Below, one piece after another: positions 1 to 13,411 of a stretch of 64,000 nt of DNA (the first letter of the stretch is position 1; each line of letters starts with the position of its first letter). The notes beneath the pieces are model-generated. The model saw nothing but the letters and a program-made list of their open reading frames with translations, was not told where the DNA came from and did no database searches. Source of the DNA: the human T2T-CHM13v2.0 reference genome, Homo sapiens. Location of the stretch: assembly GCF_009914755.1 (NCBI RefSeq), contig NC_060933.1; one strand, written 5' to 3'. The translations under genes and the position numbers were made by a program.

Positions 1-559
1 TGAAGGAGTCACCTTGCTTTGGTTCAACCTAAGCTGTGTTATTTCCTTGTGACCCTGATGAAAACTGATCTAGATCAAGCCTGGCCTGCACGTAGCAGTC
101 AGTGAAAACAGCTAATGGATAGGAAAATGTCTGGTTGAAAGGAATGCTTGAAAACATGTTGTCCTTTGTCATTGAAGATGGCCCTGTTATACTTCAGACT
201 CTATATTGGGATTTGCAGCCAAAAAGAAGAATTTCTTCCTATCTTCCCTTCCCTGATGGTAGCTTATTAGCCCATAGAATTACTGGAAAATAGAACTGTA
301 ATGCTTGGAAGTCCAGAAATAACATCTCTTCAAGGATCCGTCAGGTGAGGGCTGAAAACCAAATAAATATACGTATTCTCTCTTGCACAAAACCAGTACA
401 TCTGAAGCTAGAAAGCTACAAGCAGTTTAGGATCTCAAGAAAAATATGGTGAAACAGCTTAAGAAATACTGGATTTTGACCCAGGCAAGAAGGTAATGGT
501 GCTCCAGAAGGCCTTGCTGTTGCCCTGTTCTGGCTGTGGCTCACATTATAGGCTGAAGA

Positions 560-1127
560 GTCCCTGGAGCCAACTAGGTGGGCCCAAGCAGAGGTGTATC
601 CCTCTTCTAGACCATGCTTTGATATCTAAGACCCTGGAATCCCCTTTCTAAATGGTCTGACCCTACCTTTAGAGCCTGAGTGGGTCTGTTACCTCTATTA
701 TCGCTACTAAGGACAAGATGGCGCCACTGGTGGGTATATCCTAGGCTGAGTGGTGACTAAGAAGTGGCTGTTGGTGGAGGCCATGGCTGGAACTTGTACA
801 CGCAGCCTGGGTGTCCACATACATACAAGTATGAAAAGGAATAGGGGGTGGGAAAAGAAGGGAAGATTGTCAAAGGCCTCAGGCTAGGATCCACAAACCA
901 GCTATCTGCACTGCCATGATCTGACTCAACTCTGAGGTGTCAAGGATTCTAAACTCAGATCTGGCCTTTCAGGCTTTATGAAATTCTATTTGTCAAGGTA
1001 GAAGGGTAGAACCTATTTTATTTAGCAGTCTATTCACTTGATTTATAACTTTTAAATATTTAGACGTATGGTACGTGATCCTCCATTTGTAAATTTGCCT
1101 AGGCCCCAAATATTTGGGACAGGCCTG
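560..1127. mobile_element. Old hAT-Tip100-type DNA element (MER115-like); left boundary approximate
   Basis: Terminal segment TTTAAATATTTAGACGTATGGTACGTGATCCTCCATTTGT...GGCCCCAAATATTTGGGACAGGCCTG resembles the recalled MER115/Zaphod end. Confidence 0.45.
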
Positions 1128-1167
1128 GGCTTCTGTTCACAAGTTATTCTAAATTCATCTAGTCCTT

Positions 1168-1323
1168 CATTGTAGCACTGTCTTGTGCCTATTAGTTCAT
1201 GTGTGTATCTTTCCTTTTAGACATTTTGCTCTTTAAAGCATGCCCTATTTATTTTTAAATTCCCCAGTGCATAGCTGATTGCCTCTTTACGTATAATAAG
1301 CACTCAATAAATATTTGCTGAAT
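1168..1323 (+). mobile_element. L2 3' end fragment
   Basis: Ends in AAGCACTCAATAAATATTTGCTGAAT, the typical L2 3' tail. Confidence 0.6.
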
Positions 1324-2245
1324 CAGCAAAAAGACTATGCAGTCATGAAATTTCTCTGGCTGAGGCAATGCTCTGATAAGCCTTTCTCTGTTTCTAAAAT
1401 CCCAAGGTCTCCTCCTCTTGCTTAGTCCCTCTAAATTTTATATACATATATATATTCCCTCCACAAAGCTTACTTCCCTTTTCCATTACATGTGAATGTG
1501 AGAGGCAGAGAAAAATGAATTCCTAACAGGTGGCATCAGAATTCCTTTTAGCAAGAGAAAAAGGAATTTCAGACAAATTCTTTTGTCTAAAAAAATACCA
1601 TGAAAATCCTGGTTTACTTGAGAAAATGTATGGGACCCTAGGCTGGCTGAAGTAAAGACATTACAGGGAAAGGAAGATTAATTTTGCATAAAAGATGAAG
1701 CATTTGGCATTCAGGAGGACAATCTGTTAGGAAGGAGGAAGAGAAGAGAGGAGCCAGCCAGATGGAAGACTCAAGATGACATGACCCATCTTTGTGACCA
1801 CCTCCACCCATCCAAGTAAAGACTGCTAAGTTCCCAAGTCATGTTTAATGTGTTTGTTTTTCCCTGGAAACTGAAGAAGAAAGAAATGCATTCTACATTG
1901 GAATTACATGGTGTAGAACAGAGGTAGCATGTGAGAATGCAGAACCCCAGAGATTAAGATTTTCTCTGAGAATGAATTGTCAGCTTTCTGGAAAATTTGT
2001 AGAACTCTCAAGCCAGTCTTATGCAGGTTGTATGGCAGCTAATGCCATTGAGCTTCCCATTCTTCCCCCTTCAGTAGAAAGCCCCCTTCCCTCACATGCC
2101 TTGTGAAAGATGGCTATAAATGCTGCTCTCCCCACCTTCCAGTGAAAATGGCTCCGAGTTTGCAAGGAGGATTCAAGTCAGATTTATTTCATCTCAGTGA
2201 ACACTACTTTCTACCTAGATTTCTTTTTCATCTATGAGTGCTTTT

Positions 2246-2594
<349 letters not shown>

Positions 2595-2674
2595 TAGTAT
2601 AAAAATTTATAAAGTCAGTGAATTAAAATATACATATAAGAATAAACACATTGCTAGTTACTTTATCACTGTAC

Positions 2675-3110
2675 TTTAGGGTTCTTTGTTTGGAAGCAAC
2701 AGAAATCTACTCTGGGTGACTTAGAAAAATTATTTACTTGAAAAAATGGTAAGGAATCAGATCTGCATGTAGAGGACATGAAGGAATGCCCATTGAGGCA
2801 CTAATGCATATTTCTTCCCTAAGGAAGAATTGAAGCGAAGGTTGGAGAGTGAGGTAAGGATCTTTGGAGAGGACAAGAATCAGAGCACTTCTGGACTTTG
2901 CAGTAGCAGGAAACCATGGAGTATCTTTAGGGCTCTGACACAAGCATACATCAGTTCTTCCCCTTTTCAAACTCCCAGGAAGGCGTCAGCTTTGCTTAGC
3001 TCAGGTGATGAGTCTGCCTTTTGGCCAGGGCACCTTCATTAACAAAGGGGAGATCTGGATTCTAGGCAAAACACATTTCCATTACCAGAAGCTGAAAGAA
3101 TGGATTTGTG
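2675..3110 (-). mobile_element. Old MaLR solo LTR (late MLT1 family)
   Basis: TTAGGGTTCTTTGTTTGGAAGCAACAGAAATCTACTCTGG resembles the reverse-complemented 3' end of MLT1J-O LTRs; highly diverged. Confidence 0.45.
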
Positions 3111-3242
3111 AAACAAAACTTTAGGTGTTCATTATAATTTTTCACATGTCACTACGTCATGGACAGTCATTTACGGCAGCACATACAGATCTAACCTTCT
3201 AAAAAGTGCAGTAATTTCTTGGCATGTGTGTCAAAACCTTTC

Positions 3243-3975
3243 TTTTATTTTTTAGTTTGAGTGTTAATGGACAAATAATAATTGTATATATTTATGGGGT
3301 ACAATGTGATGTTTTGAAACATATATGTATCAACCGTAAAAGGATCATGTCAGGCTAATTAGCATACTCATCGCTTCTAATATTTATCATTTCTTTGTGA
3401 TAAAAATATTTAAAATTATCCCTTTTAGCTAGTTTGAAACATACAATACATTATTATTAACTATGGCTACATTGCTGTTCAATAAAACACCAGAACTTGT
3501 TCCTCTTGTCTAACTGAAACTTTGTACCCATTGACCAATATCTCCCTTCTCCTCCACCCCATCTCTCCTCCATCTGCCTTCTCCTTAGCCTCTGGTAGCC
3601 ACCATTCTACTCCCTCCTTTTATGAGTTCAACTTTTTTAGATTCCACATATAAGTGAGATCATATGGCATTTGTCTCTCTGTGCTTGGCTTATTTCACTT
3701 AACATAATGCCCTCCAAGTTCATTCACGTTGTTGCCAATGACAGAATTTCCTGTTTTTCTAAAGGCTGAATAGTATTCCATTGGGTATACATACGCCACA
3801 TTTAAAAAATAATTTATTGACAGACACTTAGGCTGTTTCCCTATCTTGGCTATTGTGAGTAATGCTGCAGTGAATGTGGGAATGTGCACATCAAACTATT
3901 TCAATTCCTTTGGGTTTATACCCAGTAATAGGACTGTTGGATCATATGGTAATTCTATGTTTAGTTTCTCAAGGA
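3243..3975 (-). mobile_element. L1MA-type 3' end (ORF2 C-terminus + 3'UTR)
   Basis: ORF 3695-3889 (FTAALLTIAKIGKQPKC...MEYYSAF) is the L1 ORF2 C-terminus; 3'UTR TAATTGTATATATTTATGGGGTACAATGTGATG is L1MA-like. Confidence 0.9.
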
Positions 3976-4280
3976 AAACCTTTCTGAACAGGGACCATTA
4001 TCTTGGACCTTCTTCACATGTGATCAGACTAGGTGGTATTAAACTACAGGGCTTTTAGTTAGCCCTTTGTTTTCACACACTTTGCTGACCTCAGAACCTC
4101 TATCCCAGCCCACACTGCTTAAAGAGCATCGAAAACTAATCCCGTCCTGACATTCTGATTTGGAGACAACCTCCTGGAATAAAAATCAGTTTGCATCTGG
4201 GGGCAGGGACTGTCGATTTTAAATTCCAGGTAGAGTTACAGAGAACTCAATTAGCAAACTTGCAGAGGCTGGTCATTTCC

Positions 4281-4496
4281 ATAATAATAGCTCTCATTTA
4301 TTAAGCCCCTATCGTCTGCTTGGTACATTACCTACTTTATCTCTACTCCTTATTGCAACTCTAGGAGTCAGGTGCTGCTAGCCGTTAGGGACTCAGAAAT
4401 CGAGGCACAGCAAATGTTAACCACTTGGCTGAGGTCACAGAAAAGCTGCACTGGGATTTGAAATCAGGTTCATTTGACCCTAAACCCTTGGCTGTT
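4281..4496 (-). mobile_element. MIR SINE
   Basis: GAGGCACAG...GTTAACCACTTGGCTGAGGTCACAG...GGGATTTGAAATCAGG matches the reverse-complemented MIR core. Confidence 0.75.
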
Positions 4497-5499
4497 CCCA
4501 TGCTGCCATGCAGCTGCTCTTAACCTACATTCAGCAGCTCTACCCATGCCTCTTTCTCCAGCTTCCTCTTGTGTTTGTGTAGATATCTACCTCTAGCCAT
4601 ACACTGGAAACTCTGAAAGTACAGACTGTTTTTCAATTATCATCATGTACCCCATCATTGTGCTTTACACAAAGCAGATATTCTTTTTCTCTCATGGTCT
4701 GTCATATTCTCTCTCTGTACACACTCTCACATGTACACTCATACATGTGCACACACACCTATCTATGGGGAGAGTGAGTTTTTTCAGATGATATAAATGG
4801 CTGTTGAGTCTTTCCATTTTCTTATAGATAATTTCTAAAGTTAAATACCTAGCAATACCCTTCGTGTAGCAACTGCCTAAATAAAAGTGTTGAAAACCTG
4901 AATGGCCCCTCTCTAAAATGCGCAGGGAATAAAAACTTTAAAATCTCTAGAGCAACATCAAATGTTCCCTCAATAATTGACTCAACTTTGCTTAGGCTCA
5001 GAGGTAGACAAATGAGGCTAAATAGTCTTTAAAGATAAACATTTATGAGTACAAAGTGGATTTCAAGAAGTCAATAATAGTTGGCTTCTAGAAATAGTTT
5101 GAAATCGTTGTTTTGTTTTGTTTTTTGTAAGATACAAAGTTTGCAAAGGCGATGAAAAATCAGAATTGAGGAAATTTTGGGGGCAAAAAGCAGACCCCAA
5201 ATTACTGATAGTAAGAATAAGGGGATCTGGATGTGAGGGGGAAAAATGGGAAAGAGGGAGTCCGAATTATCCAACTTTTCTCCCCTAACCATTAGAGTTT
5301 ATTGGTAAAAGTAGGCCATTGATAAATCCTATAGAAATAATTCTGTATCATTAATCCAAAGGGCAATTGGTTGAATTGCCTTTATCTAATTTTGAGTTTA
5401 TATATGTACTTATAAAATATATTTTTTAAAAAACCTGCAAGTAAATGTGTGGTTTTCCTGATTTATTGGAATGAAGATACTTTCTCTTAACTTCTAAAG

Positions 5500-5690
5500 A
5501 TAGCTCTCAAACTGTCCTATGTATAAGGATTAGCTGGATAATTTCTTCAAATTGCAGATTCCTAGGCCACCCCTACCCTGCCAAAAATCAAAGTTACTTA
5601 GATTGTGGTTTAATCCTGGACTCTGCACTTTGAAAATAATCTTAGGTGATTCAGATGCAGGATCCTAAAACTGTACTTCAATAAATATTG
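5500..5690. mobile_element. MER5-type hAT-Charlie MITE
   Basis: CTCTCAAACT...TGCAGATTCCTAGGCCACCCC...AGGTGATTCAGATGCAG motifs of MER5. Confidence 0.6.
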
Positions 5691-5989
5691 GTTTATGTAA
5701 TAGTGTTAATAATGTGATTAATGAAATAGCAGATACAAAGTACCTTTATAACAAATTAATGGCCTAAGATTCATTTTTCATCTTTATAATGTATGATTAT
5801 TAGATGTACTATATTCATGAATATTTAGAAAGGAGCAGAAGTCTCAGTACCATGTGGTTATAGCTATCAGGGAGGAGTGTATGGAACTTAGAACATAGTT
5901 TGAATGGGTATGAAGAACCAATCAGAGTTGGGATGGTTAGAGAGCTGTGGCCCACCTCACATTAAAGGCAGAGAAGGGGGACTCCAATG

Positions 5990-5991
<2 letters not shown>

Positions 5992-6022
<31 letters not shown>
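5992..6022 (+). repeat. (TG)n microsatellite, ~15 units
   Basis: Directly visible. Confidence 0.98.
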
Positions 6023-6024
<2 letters not shown>

Positions 6025-6074
6025 CTTTTTTAATCTCTTTCACATTTGCACTCAATGTTGACATAGTAAAATGA

Positions 6075-6238
6075 CAACTCACTCACTATCACAAGAATAG
6101 CACCGAAGAGATGGTGCCAACCCATTCATGAGAACTCCACCCCCGTGATCCAATCACTTCCCACTAGACCCCACCTCCAACACTGGGGATTACAATTTGA
6201 CATGAGATTTGGTGGGGACACAGACCCAGACCATATCA
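6075..6238 (-). mobile_element. MaLR MST-type LTR, 5' ~160 bp only
   Basis: Reverse complement begins TGATATGGTCTGGGTCTGTGTCCCCACCAAATCTCATGTCAAATTGTAATCCCCAGTGTTGGAGG, the MSTA/MSTB 5' end. Confidence 0.85.
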
Positions 6239-6789
6239 GAGTCTGCATAGGAGGATCTTTCCTGCTCAGGAAGATGGTCAAACCTCATAGAGGTAGTTTC
6301 AAACCACAGGACAATTTCTGTGTCTTCACAGAGAAGAAAGCACTGTTAATTCCTGTGAGTTTTATTAAAGTTACAATGGATTGATTGACTTATGGAATCA
6401 TAAGTAAAACCTCTTTATGTGTCCTTTTCAAAAGGAATCTCTAACTGGTAGGAATATTCCTTAACTTTAGCATAGTTTTAACAATAAATTCACTGTAGAC
6501 ATAAATCACTACAAATCTAATGTAACCTTCTAAGCTACTAATTTATTTTTTGAACGCTTCAGTTTTTTCAAAAAAACATTTAATACTAATATACTGTGTA
6601 ATTTAAAGTAAATAATTTTAAGTTAGTTAAAACAGGTTCGGATTTAGTTCAAGGTATATAAAACCAATGAGCTATACAACAGAAATCAGTTGATCTGTTG
6701 ATTCAGCATGGTTCAAACTGGTTTTAAGCCAAAAAATTAGTCCAACTCAAAGTGAAAAACAGATTCAAACCAGTTCCTTTTAACCTGCT

Positions 6790-7203
6790 TATGTTTTACC
6801 TCCCACAGCCTTTTCATCCAGTAACCTCACCGTAAATCTCGCCATCATTAGAAGCTGCATTGTCCCTGACATTTTCATTTCAGGCAACCCATTCTTGAGC
6901 CACCACAACTTACTCTTCCAGATGCTTCCATATTTTCTTAACTGTAACAGTTCTTGCCTCATTACCTCTGCTCCATAACTCCATGCCTTTTTCACCATCC
7001 ATCCTCCTGATGTCTCTATTTTCCTCTTCATCCAACTTAGATTCCACTTACAATCCATTATAGCCACTTCCTTGAAAATACCTCAGCTTACTTCTCACTC
7101 CCTTCCTGTGCACTGTGTTTGTAGAGCAAAACCAAACCGTGGTCAAACCCAACTGTTCACTTTTTCCATGCCTATCCTGGAGAAGCAGAACATTTGGGCT
7201 GGG
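6790..7203 (+). mobile_element. L2 ORF2 internal fragment
   Basis: Pyrimidine-rich; GCAAAACCAAACCGTGGTCAAACCCAACTG...GCAGAACATTTGGGCTGG matches the recalled L2 region encoding KPQPW...ERxWRK. Confidence 0.6.
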
Positions 7204-8857
7204 AGTTGTGACGGGAGTGTGGTTGGAATCACAATATAGCCGACTAACTTCATTTGAAATCCATGACTAGAAACCCGAAAAGGCCATTGTCTGGCAATCC
7301 TGCTACAGTGCCTTCCTGAGTATGGCAGGTTTACTGAATGGGCTTCTCTCCTTAGGGAAGAAGCAGGGAATATCTTCACTTTTCTCCAGCCACTGCTTTC
7401 CCATCCAGTGACTGGGAGTTTTCTCTCTCACTTGCTGATGGCATCACAAGCTTAGTCCCTGTTTTCTGACCTCTTTCAGCCATAAACAGACATATCTCTG
7501 GTAAAAGGAAAAAAGTGTAGTCCAGTGTAAATTACAACTTGATTTTATCATTTCATTCAAATTTTTTCCCACCACTTAGCTCAGGACTGACCTATGTAAG
7601 GGAGAACAGCAGTCTTTATTTTCAATACCTCTTCACCTTGTTCTTCCATTCCTCTTGTTCCTCCTCCCCTTACCCTCTTGTTGCTTCTGGCCTCTGGAGG
7701 ATCAGGATCAGGAAAAAATGAACAAACTGAAAATGGAGAAAGACTTTTTACTTAGCTAAGATTAATGGAAGTTCTCTCTTGCCTGTCAACTACTCTCCAT
7801 CAGGGCCAGGTCAGGTATTCTAACACTGACTCTTCTGTGGAGGTCTTTAGTAACCCCTCCTCCCCCAGCAGGAAGGAACATCTACTCATTTAGAGTTAAC
7901 AAACTCATGTGACCCTCCACCTTATTTCTGCACCTCCACTCCCACGACAAGAGGTACATCAACAGTCTTTTAAGTCTGTAGTTATAGTCCCCTTAGCCTT
8001 AAAGGCAAAGAATTCTTTGAGCGAATATGGTATAACAAAATTCAGATTTGATTTCCCTCTCTAGCAACCACTTGTGTCTTAAACACCTTTGGTCTCCTAA
8101 ATCAACACATCTCAGGATGATTCCACTGCTTTCATGCTCTGTCATCATGAGCAGCTAGAAGCGGAAAGCAAATGCCTGCAACTGTACATTGTTTGTTGTT
8201 TGTTGTTTTTGAGAGGCTCTCTACTGGGTCTCCTGGGACTTTCTACAAAGTATACTTTCTACTGTCTACGGAAGGTAGTAAAATAAATTATACAGAACTC
8301 CATCATTTTCTCTAAGTTCTCTTTCTAACAATCCTTCTTCATGAATTCTTAGTCTTTCTTACATAAGCTATGGAATGTGATGTTTACTGGGCCATTTTTC
8401 TACCCTTTGGTAGATCCTTCACAGAAGTATCTAGTAGACTTTTCAGTTTCTCTCAGGTTTTGGCCTTTAACTGAAATTCGGACATAATAGGAAATATTCC
8501 ATTCAACATCTTTTTATATCTGTAATTTATTTTCTTTCATCTTTGCGATGACTATTTTATGCCTTTTCCTCTCATTTTATACATTAATTTTCTTTCATTC
8601 CCTTTTAGCCATTGACTTTGTCTCACATTTTGTTGAAAGAATAAATACCATGATAAGGAAACTAAATAGACAAATATAGCCATGTTCTCTAGTTTCCTTT
8701 TTGTTACCAGGAAAAGGTGTCCTTTTCAACTGGTGTTTACAGTGGAAAAATTTCTAAAGTTATAAAACTGGAGGGAAAGAGAATTTGCAAAATTTGTTTT
8801 GAGAGAAAAGAATTAGAGTCACAACACAGGAGAAGATAACTGGGTCATGAAACATGG

Positions 8858-9311
8858 TGCTATGGTTTTGATCTGGTTCCTTTGACCCCACCATGTCTCA
8901 TGTTGAAATCTGATTCGCAATATTGGAGGTGCGGCCTAATGGGAGGGGTTGGGTCATGAGTGTGGATCCCTCATGAGTAGATGAATGCCGTCCCTGGGGG
9001 GCGAGTGTGGGGGTGGTGAGTGAGTTTTCACTCTTAGTTCCCAAGAGAGTTCCCTAGAGAGCTGGTTGTTAAAAAGAGCCTGGTACCTTTCCCTTCTCTC
9101 TTGCTTTCTCTCACCATGTGATCCCTGCACACACCGGCTGCTCTTCCCCCCTTGCCATGAGTGGAAAAAGTCTAAGGCCCTCACCAGATTCAGATGCTGG
9201 TGCCGTGCTTCTTATACAGCCTGCAGAACCATAAGACAATAAACCTATTCTTTTAAAAAATAAATTACCCAGCCTCAGATGTTCCTTTGTAGCAACGCTA
9301 ACAAATTATAC
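8858..9311 (+). mobile_element. MaLR MSTB-type solo LTR
   Basis: Starts TGCTATGGTTTTGAT; contains CAGCCTGCAGAACC, AATAAAC and TAAATTACCCAGCCTCAG near the end. Confidence 0.9.
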
Positions 9312-9469
9312 CTGGCCACCAAAATTTAGGGGACCCAGCAATTTAAATAAAAAATTTAAAAAATACTCTTCTATTTTTATTGGATGAAATTACATATAGC
9401 CTTATTTGATTTATTTTTATAAACATTAACACAGGCATATGTTTATTGGTATCAAAAAGTCCAGAAGGA

Positions 9470-9977
9470 CTTTTATCTGTTGTTATGCTTTGAGAGCAAA
9501 TAACAGAAGTTCCCAACGCAACTAGTTGGTACAAAAAGGAAAATTTATTATCTCACATTCAAGACATGTTAAGTTGAGAATTTAATGTATTTAATTGCTA
9601 ATTCAATGACATCATCGAAATCTCAGGTTCTTTTTTTGTTCTGCCATTCTGTGAATATTGCTCTTTTCCTCAGTCTAGCTTCTTCTTTGTCACAAGAGAG
9701 TTATATCTGTCCAGATATCAAATTCAGACATATCAATTTTGAGAGAAAGAAGAGTGAAGCTGCCTCTCAGTAATCCCTCCTTCACATCTCATTGGTCATC
9801 CTCTAATCCAGTCACTGGTTAGAAGTATAGGATTACCTTGATTTAATAGGCTAATCAGGATTTGCTCTTTGGTTGGAGATGGGATCACTTTCTCTCAGGA
9901 GTAGAAATCTGGATTCTGTTAGCAAGGAAAGAGGGAAAAATGGAACTGCTGCAGGCTTTTAATGAATATCAGCAACA
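9470..9977 (-). mobile_element. Old MaLR solo LTR (MLT1K/L-like)
   Basis: GCAAATAACAGAA...AAAATTTATTATCTCACA at the start and GGATTCTGTTAGCAAGGAAAGAGGG near the other end. Confidence 0.55.
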
Positions 9978-10024
9978 GTGTCAGAGTCCCTCATTTCCTC
10001 CTCCATTCCTGCACATCATTCAGA

Positions 10025-10108
10025 AAATTTATTCTTTCAGCAAATATTTATTGAGCATATACAGTCAGCCAACCACTGTTCTAGGCATTGGGGGCACAGT
10101 AGTAAACT
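10025..10108 (-). mobile_element. L2 3' end fragment
   Basis: TTCAGCAAATATTTATTGAGCA...CACTGTTCTAGGCATTGGGG. Confidence 0.75.
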
Positions 10109-10358
10109 TCTTCCATTTTTATTTCTTTTGGGGTTATTCCCATATGTCTAAATTATATGTTTATGGTGCAGCTTCTTGAAATATCAAAATTAGACAGTGT
10201 TCATTGACTTCCTGCCATGAATCATGAGGATATGAGGATTTAGTTGTTTTATATCACTACTCATCTCCCCTACCTCTCTTCGTATTTATGTAATCCATCT
10301 ATAAAACTTTAAAAAGGATTTTAAAATCTGTTTCTTCTTTAATAAACTGCAATCTACC

Positions 10359-10734
10359 TGTATTGGTCAGTTCTTACACTGCTATGAAGAAATTACCCGA
10401 GACTGGGTAATTTATAAAGGAAAGAGGTTTAATTGACTCACACTTCCACATAGTTGGGGACACCTCAGGAAACTTACAATCATAGCGGAAGGCAAAGAAG
10501 AAGCAGGCACCTTCTTTACAGGGTGGCAGGACAGAGTGAGTACAAGCAGGGGAAATGCCAGATGCCTATAAAACCACCAGATCTTGTGAGAACTCACTAT
10601 TATGAAAACAGCATGGGGGAAACTGCCCTCATGATCCAATTAGCTCTGCCTAGTCTAGCCCTTGAAATATGGGGATGATGGGGATTAAAATTGGAGGTGG
10701 GATTTGGGTGGGGACACAGAGCCAAAGCATATGA
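10359..10734 (-). mobile_element. THE1D-like MaLR solo LTR
   Basis: TGTATT...CCCGAGACTGGGTAATTTATAAAGGAAAGAGGTTTAATTGACTCAC...GGGAAATGCCAGATG...GGGGACACAGAGCCAAA; near-TSD CTACC/ATACC. Confidence 0.93.
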
Positions 10735-11433
10735 ATACCCCTACCCTTCTTTCATTTTTTAGCATTTTTTGAATGCCTATTAGCAGTTTGGCAGTAGGAA
10801 CAAGACATCTTTGTCTTTTTTTCTTCTTAGGGAATTCTCCAATGCCATTTTCAGTTGTTTTTAATTTCCACCCATTTGGTACCTTGGAGGCTGGTGCTTC
10901 TCCTTTTCACACTGCTTCTCCCTCAATCAAGGACATCCAAGGGTTAAAGACTTGACATTCCATCTCCTTAAGAACTCAGTAGCTGAAGGCAGATGGCAGA
11001 AATCTGCAGAAAGGCTTTCAGTTTATAGACAGCATCTCTTGGCTCCCAAACTAATAAGACGAAATCATTATTCTCCTTCCACATATCCGCATTCTCTTTT
11101 TATTGTTCAACCTCAATCAGCTATATCTTTCCTTTAATATTGTCAATATTAAGAATATTTACATTTTATACCTTTTTCCTTTGATGTACCCTTGATTCTA
11201 AAAGATGAAAAATCAATAAATCATAATATCATATTATGACTATGTAAATATTTTCTGCTGCAGAGTCAAACAGTGCACGCATATCATTTTTTTCTCCATG
11301 AATCAATATCACTCCAAAGAAATTGTTTCTGTCAGAGATTCGATTGTATTTTTTTACTCTCTTTTTAAAATAAATCACCAGTTGTCTTTGTCATATTATG
11401 AAGTTATCCAAGCTTTAATAATGCTGTGTAATT

Positions 11434-11603
11434 CAGAGCTTTCCAACTACTGATGGTATCAGCAGTTGACACCTCAGCCTTGGGGTCAGGCAAACCCAAG
11501 GCTCATCAGGGGTATGAAGCCTCCTTTATTTAGCTCATTGTGCTAGACAAATATTGCCATTTTACATTCATGCCGTGATGTAAGAAAGTTTGTGAGGTGC
11601 TAG
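11434..11603. mobile_element. Short hAT-Charlie MITE (MER112/113-like)
   Basis: CAGAGCTTTCCAA start and GCCGTGATGTAAGAAAGTTTG end resemble Charlie termini. Confidence 0.4.
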
Positions 11604-11649
11604 AAATCTATCCACGTTCTCCCTTTTCTTCCCACAGAGATCTCAGAAC

Positions 11650-12310
11650 CTGAGGTTGTGCTCTGTTTCTACTGCCAAGTTGTCATCCCAGGACTTCCCC
11701 ACTCTGCTCTCCTGAATTAGGTTCATTTTCCTGGATCGCATGTTTTCTTCTTTCTGGGTTTTCTCCCTCATTTTCCTAAGGTGCATCTTCAAATTATGTC
11801 CTAGAAAGTGTAGTGGGAGGTAAGAATTCTGAGTTCTCCGTTTCTCTAAGTATCTTTATTTGCCTTTCGCACAGGATTGAGAGACTGGCTGAATACAGTC
11901 CTCTCAGTACTTTGACCACATTGCTTAGTTTTCTAGAATTCAGTTGTTGATGAAACATTGGAGCCACTATAATCATGATTATTGGTACATGACCTGAAAG
12001 CTTTTAGGATCCTTTGTTTATTCTTGGTCTTTTGAAATTTCATGATCATATGTTTATGGGGCTATTTTCATCCATTTCACTGGCACTCAAGAGCCCCATT
12101 CTAGCTTCTTTAGCTATAGAAAATTATCTTCTGTTTCTTTGAAATTTTTCTGTCTATTTTCTGTATTCTGTCTTTCTAGAATTTTCATTAGACAGATGTT
12201 GGGTCTCCCACATAAAAGTTTACTGTCATTTTTTCTTTTCTTTCATTTGTTTCTGACTCTTTATCTCTTTGTTCTACATTCTTAGAAGTTTCCTCAATTT
12301 ACCTTCCAGA
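11650..12310 (-). mobile_element. HAL1/L1M-type ORF1 fragment
   Basis: T-rich antisense ORF1-like sequence (TTTTAGGATC...TTGAAATTTCATGAT...TTAGACAGATGTTGG). Confidence 0.6.
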
Positions 12311-12626
12311 CACAAGTATTAAGACCCAACAGCACAGGTCTCCTTACTGTAAAATTAGGGGTATCTAAGTGTAACTGTTCATCCTAAAGCAGAACCTTCT
12401 AGTTGGCAAACCTCCTCCATGCACACATAACTTCTACTCAGCCCTTTGCCTCACTCTCAAGAGAGAACAGGTAATCAAGGATCAACGGTTTTTGTGGAAA
12501 GCTTGTAGCATGTAATGTCAATAAGCTAACTAAAGTTGAATCAAGGTAAATCATCAGGAGAGGTGACACCAAAGGAAAGAGATAATTTCAAGACCAAAAG
12601 ACAACAAAAAATTAAAACTATCCTTT

Positions 12627-12940
12627 GCATGGATAGAGCTGAGGGCCATTATTCTAAGCAAACTAACACAGGAACAGAAAACCAAATGCTGCATGTTCTC
12701 GCTTATATGTGGGAGCTAAACATTGAGTACATATGGGCACAAAGAAGGGAACAAGACACCAGGGCCTCCCTGAGGGTGGAGGGTGGGAGGAGGGTGAGGA
12801 CTGAAAAGCTACCTATGTAGTACTATGCATGTCAGCTGGGTGGCAAAATAATGTGTACACCAAAAACCCTGTGACGTGCCATTTACTCATATAACAAATG
12901 TACATACGTACTCCTGAACCCAAAATAAAAGTTTAAAAAA
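12627..12940 (+). mobile_element. 5'-truncated L1PA15/16-type 3' end
   Basis: CATGGATAGAGCTGAGGGCCATTATTCTAAGCAAACTAACACAGGAACAGAAAACCAAATG...GAGGGTGGAGGGTGGGAGGAGGGTGAGGA...AAAATAAAAGTTTAAAAAA. Confidence 0.92.
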
Positions 12941-13411
12941 TTATATAAAAACTAGAAATTTTTAATTGAGTTATCTCTTAAGGAAATATCCTTTTATTTA
13001 GTTTTACCTGGATAAAAGTTATGGGATATCAGTTCATCACACACATTTTCAATGTAATCCCCCTTTTTGGTGCCACTTTTCAGTCTTAAATCCACAGCCT
13101 CTTTGCTGTATGTCTGATTCCTTCCTTTCCTGGATAGCATCAGAAACTAGCTACCTCTATTAGTTTCTACTGGGTTTTGTTTCTTAAGAAAGTTTTGAAA
13201 ACTCTTATCCACTGGTATTTCCCACGTCAATTTTCTTCATTATTAGGAAAAAATACCTTTATGTATTTTTTGCCATCACTGTTGGAGATCTTTGAGCAGA
13301 GTGCAAGATCTTAAACAATAGAACAAATTCTGATTTCAACTTTTTTGCCATTTTTAAAATTTCGTTTACCTGTTGGTGCTGTACATACTCCCCTAAAGAA
13401 AGTGCCTGGTT

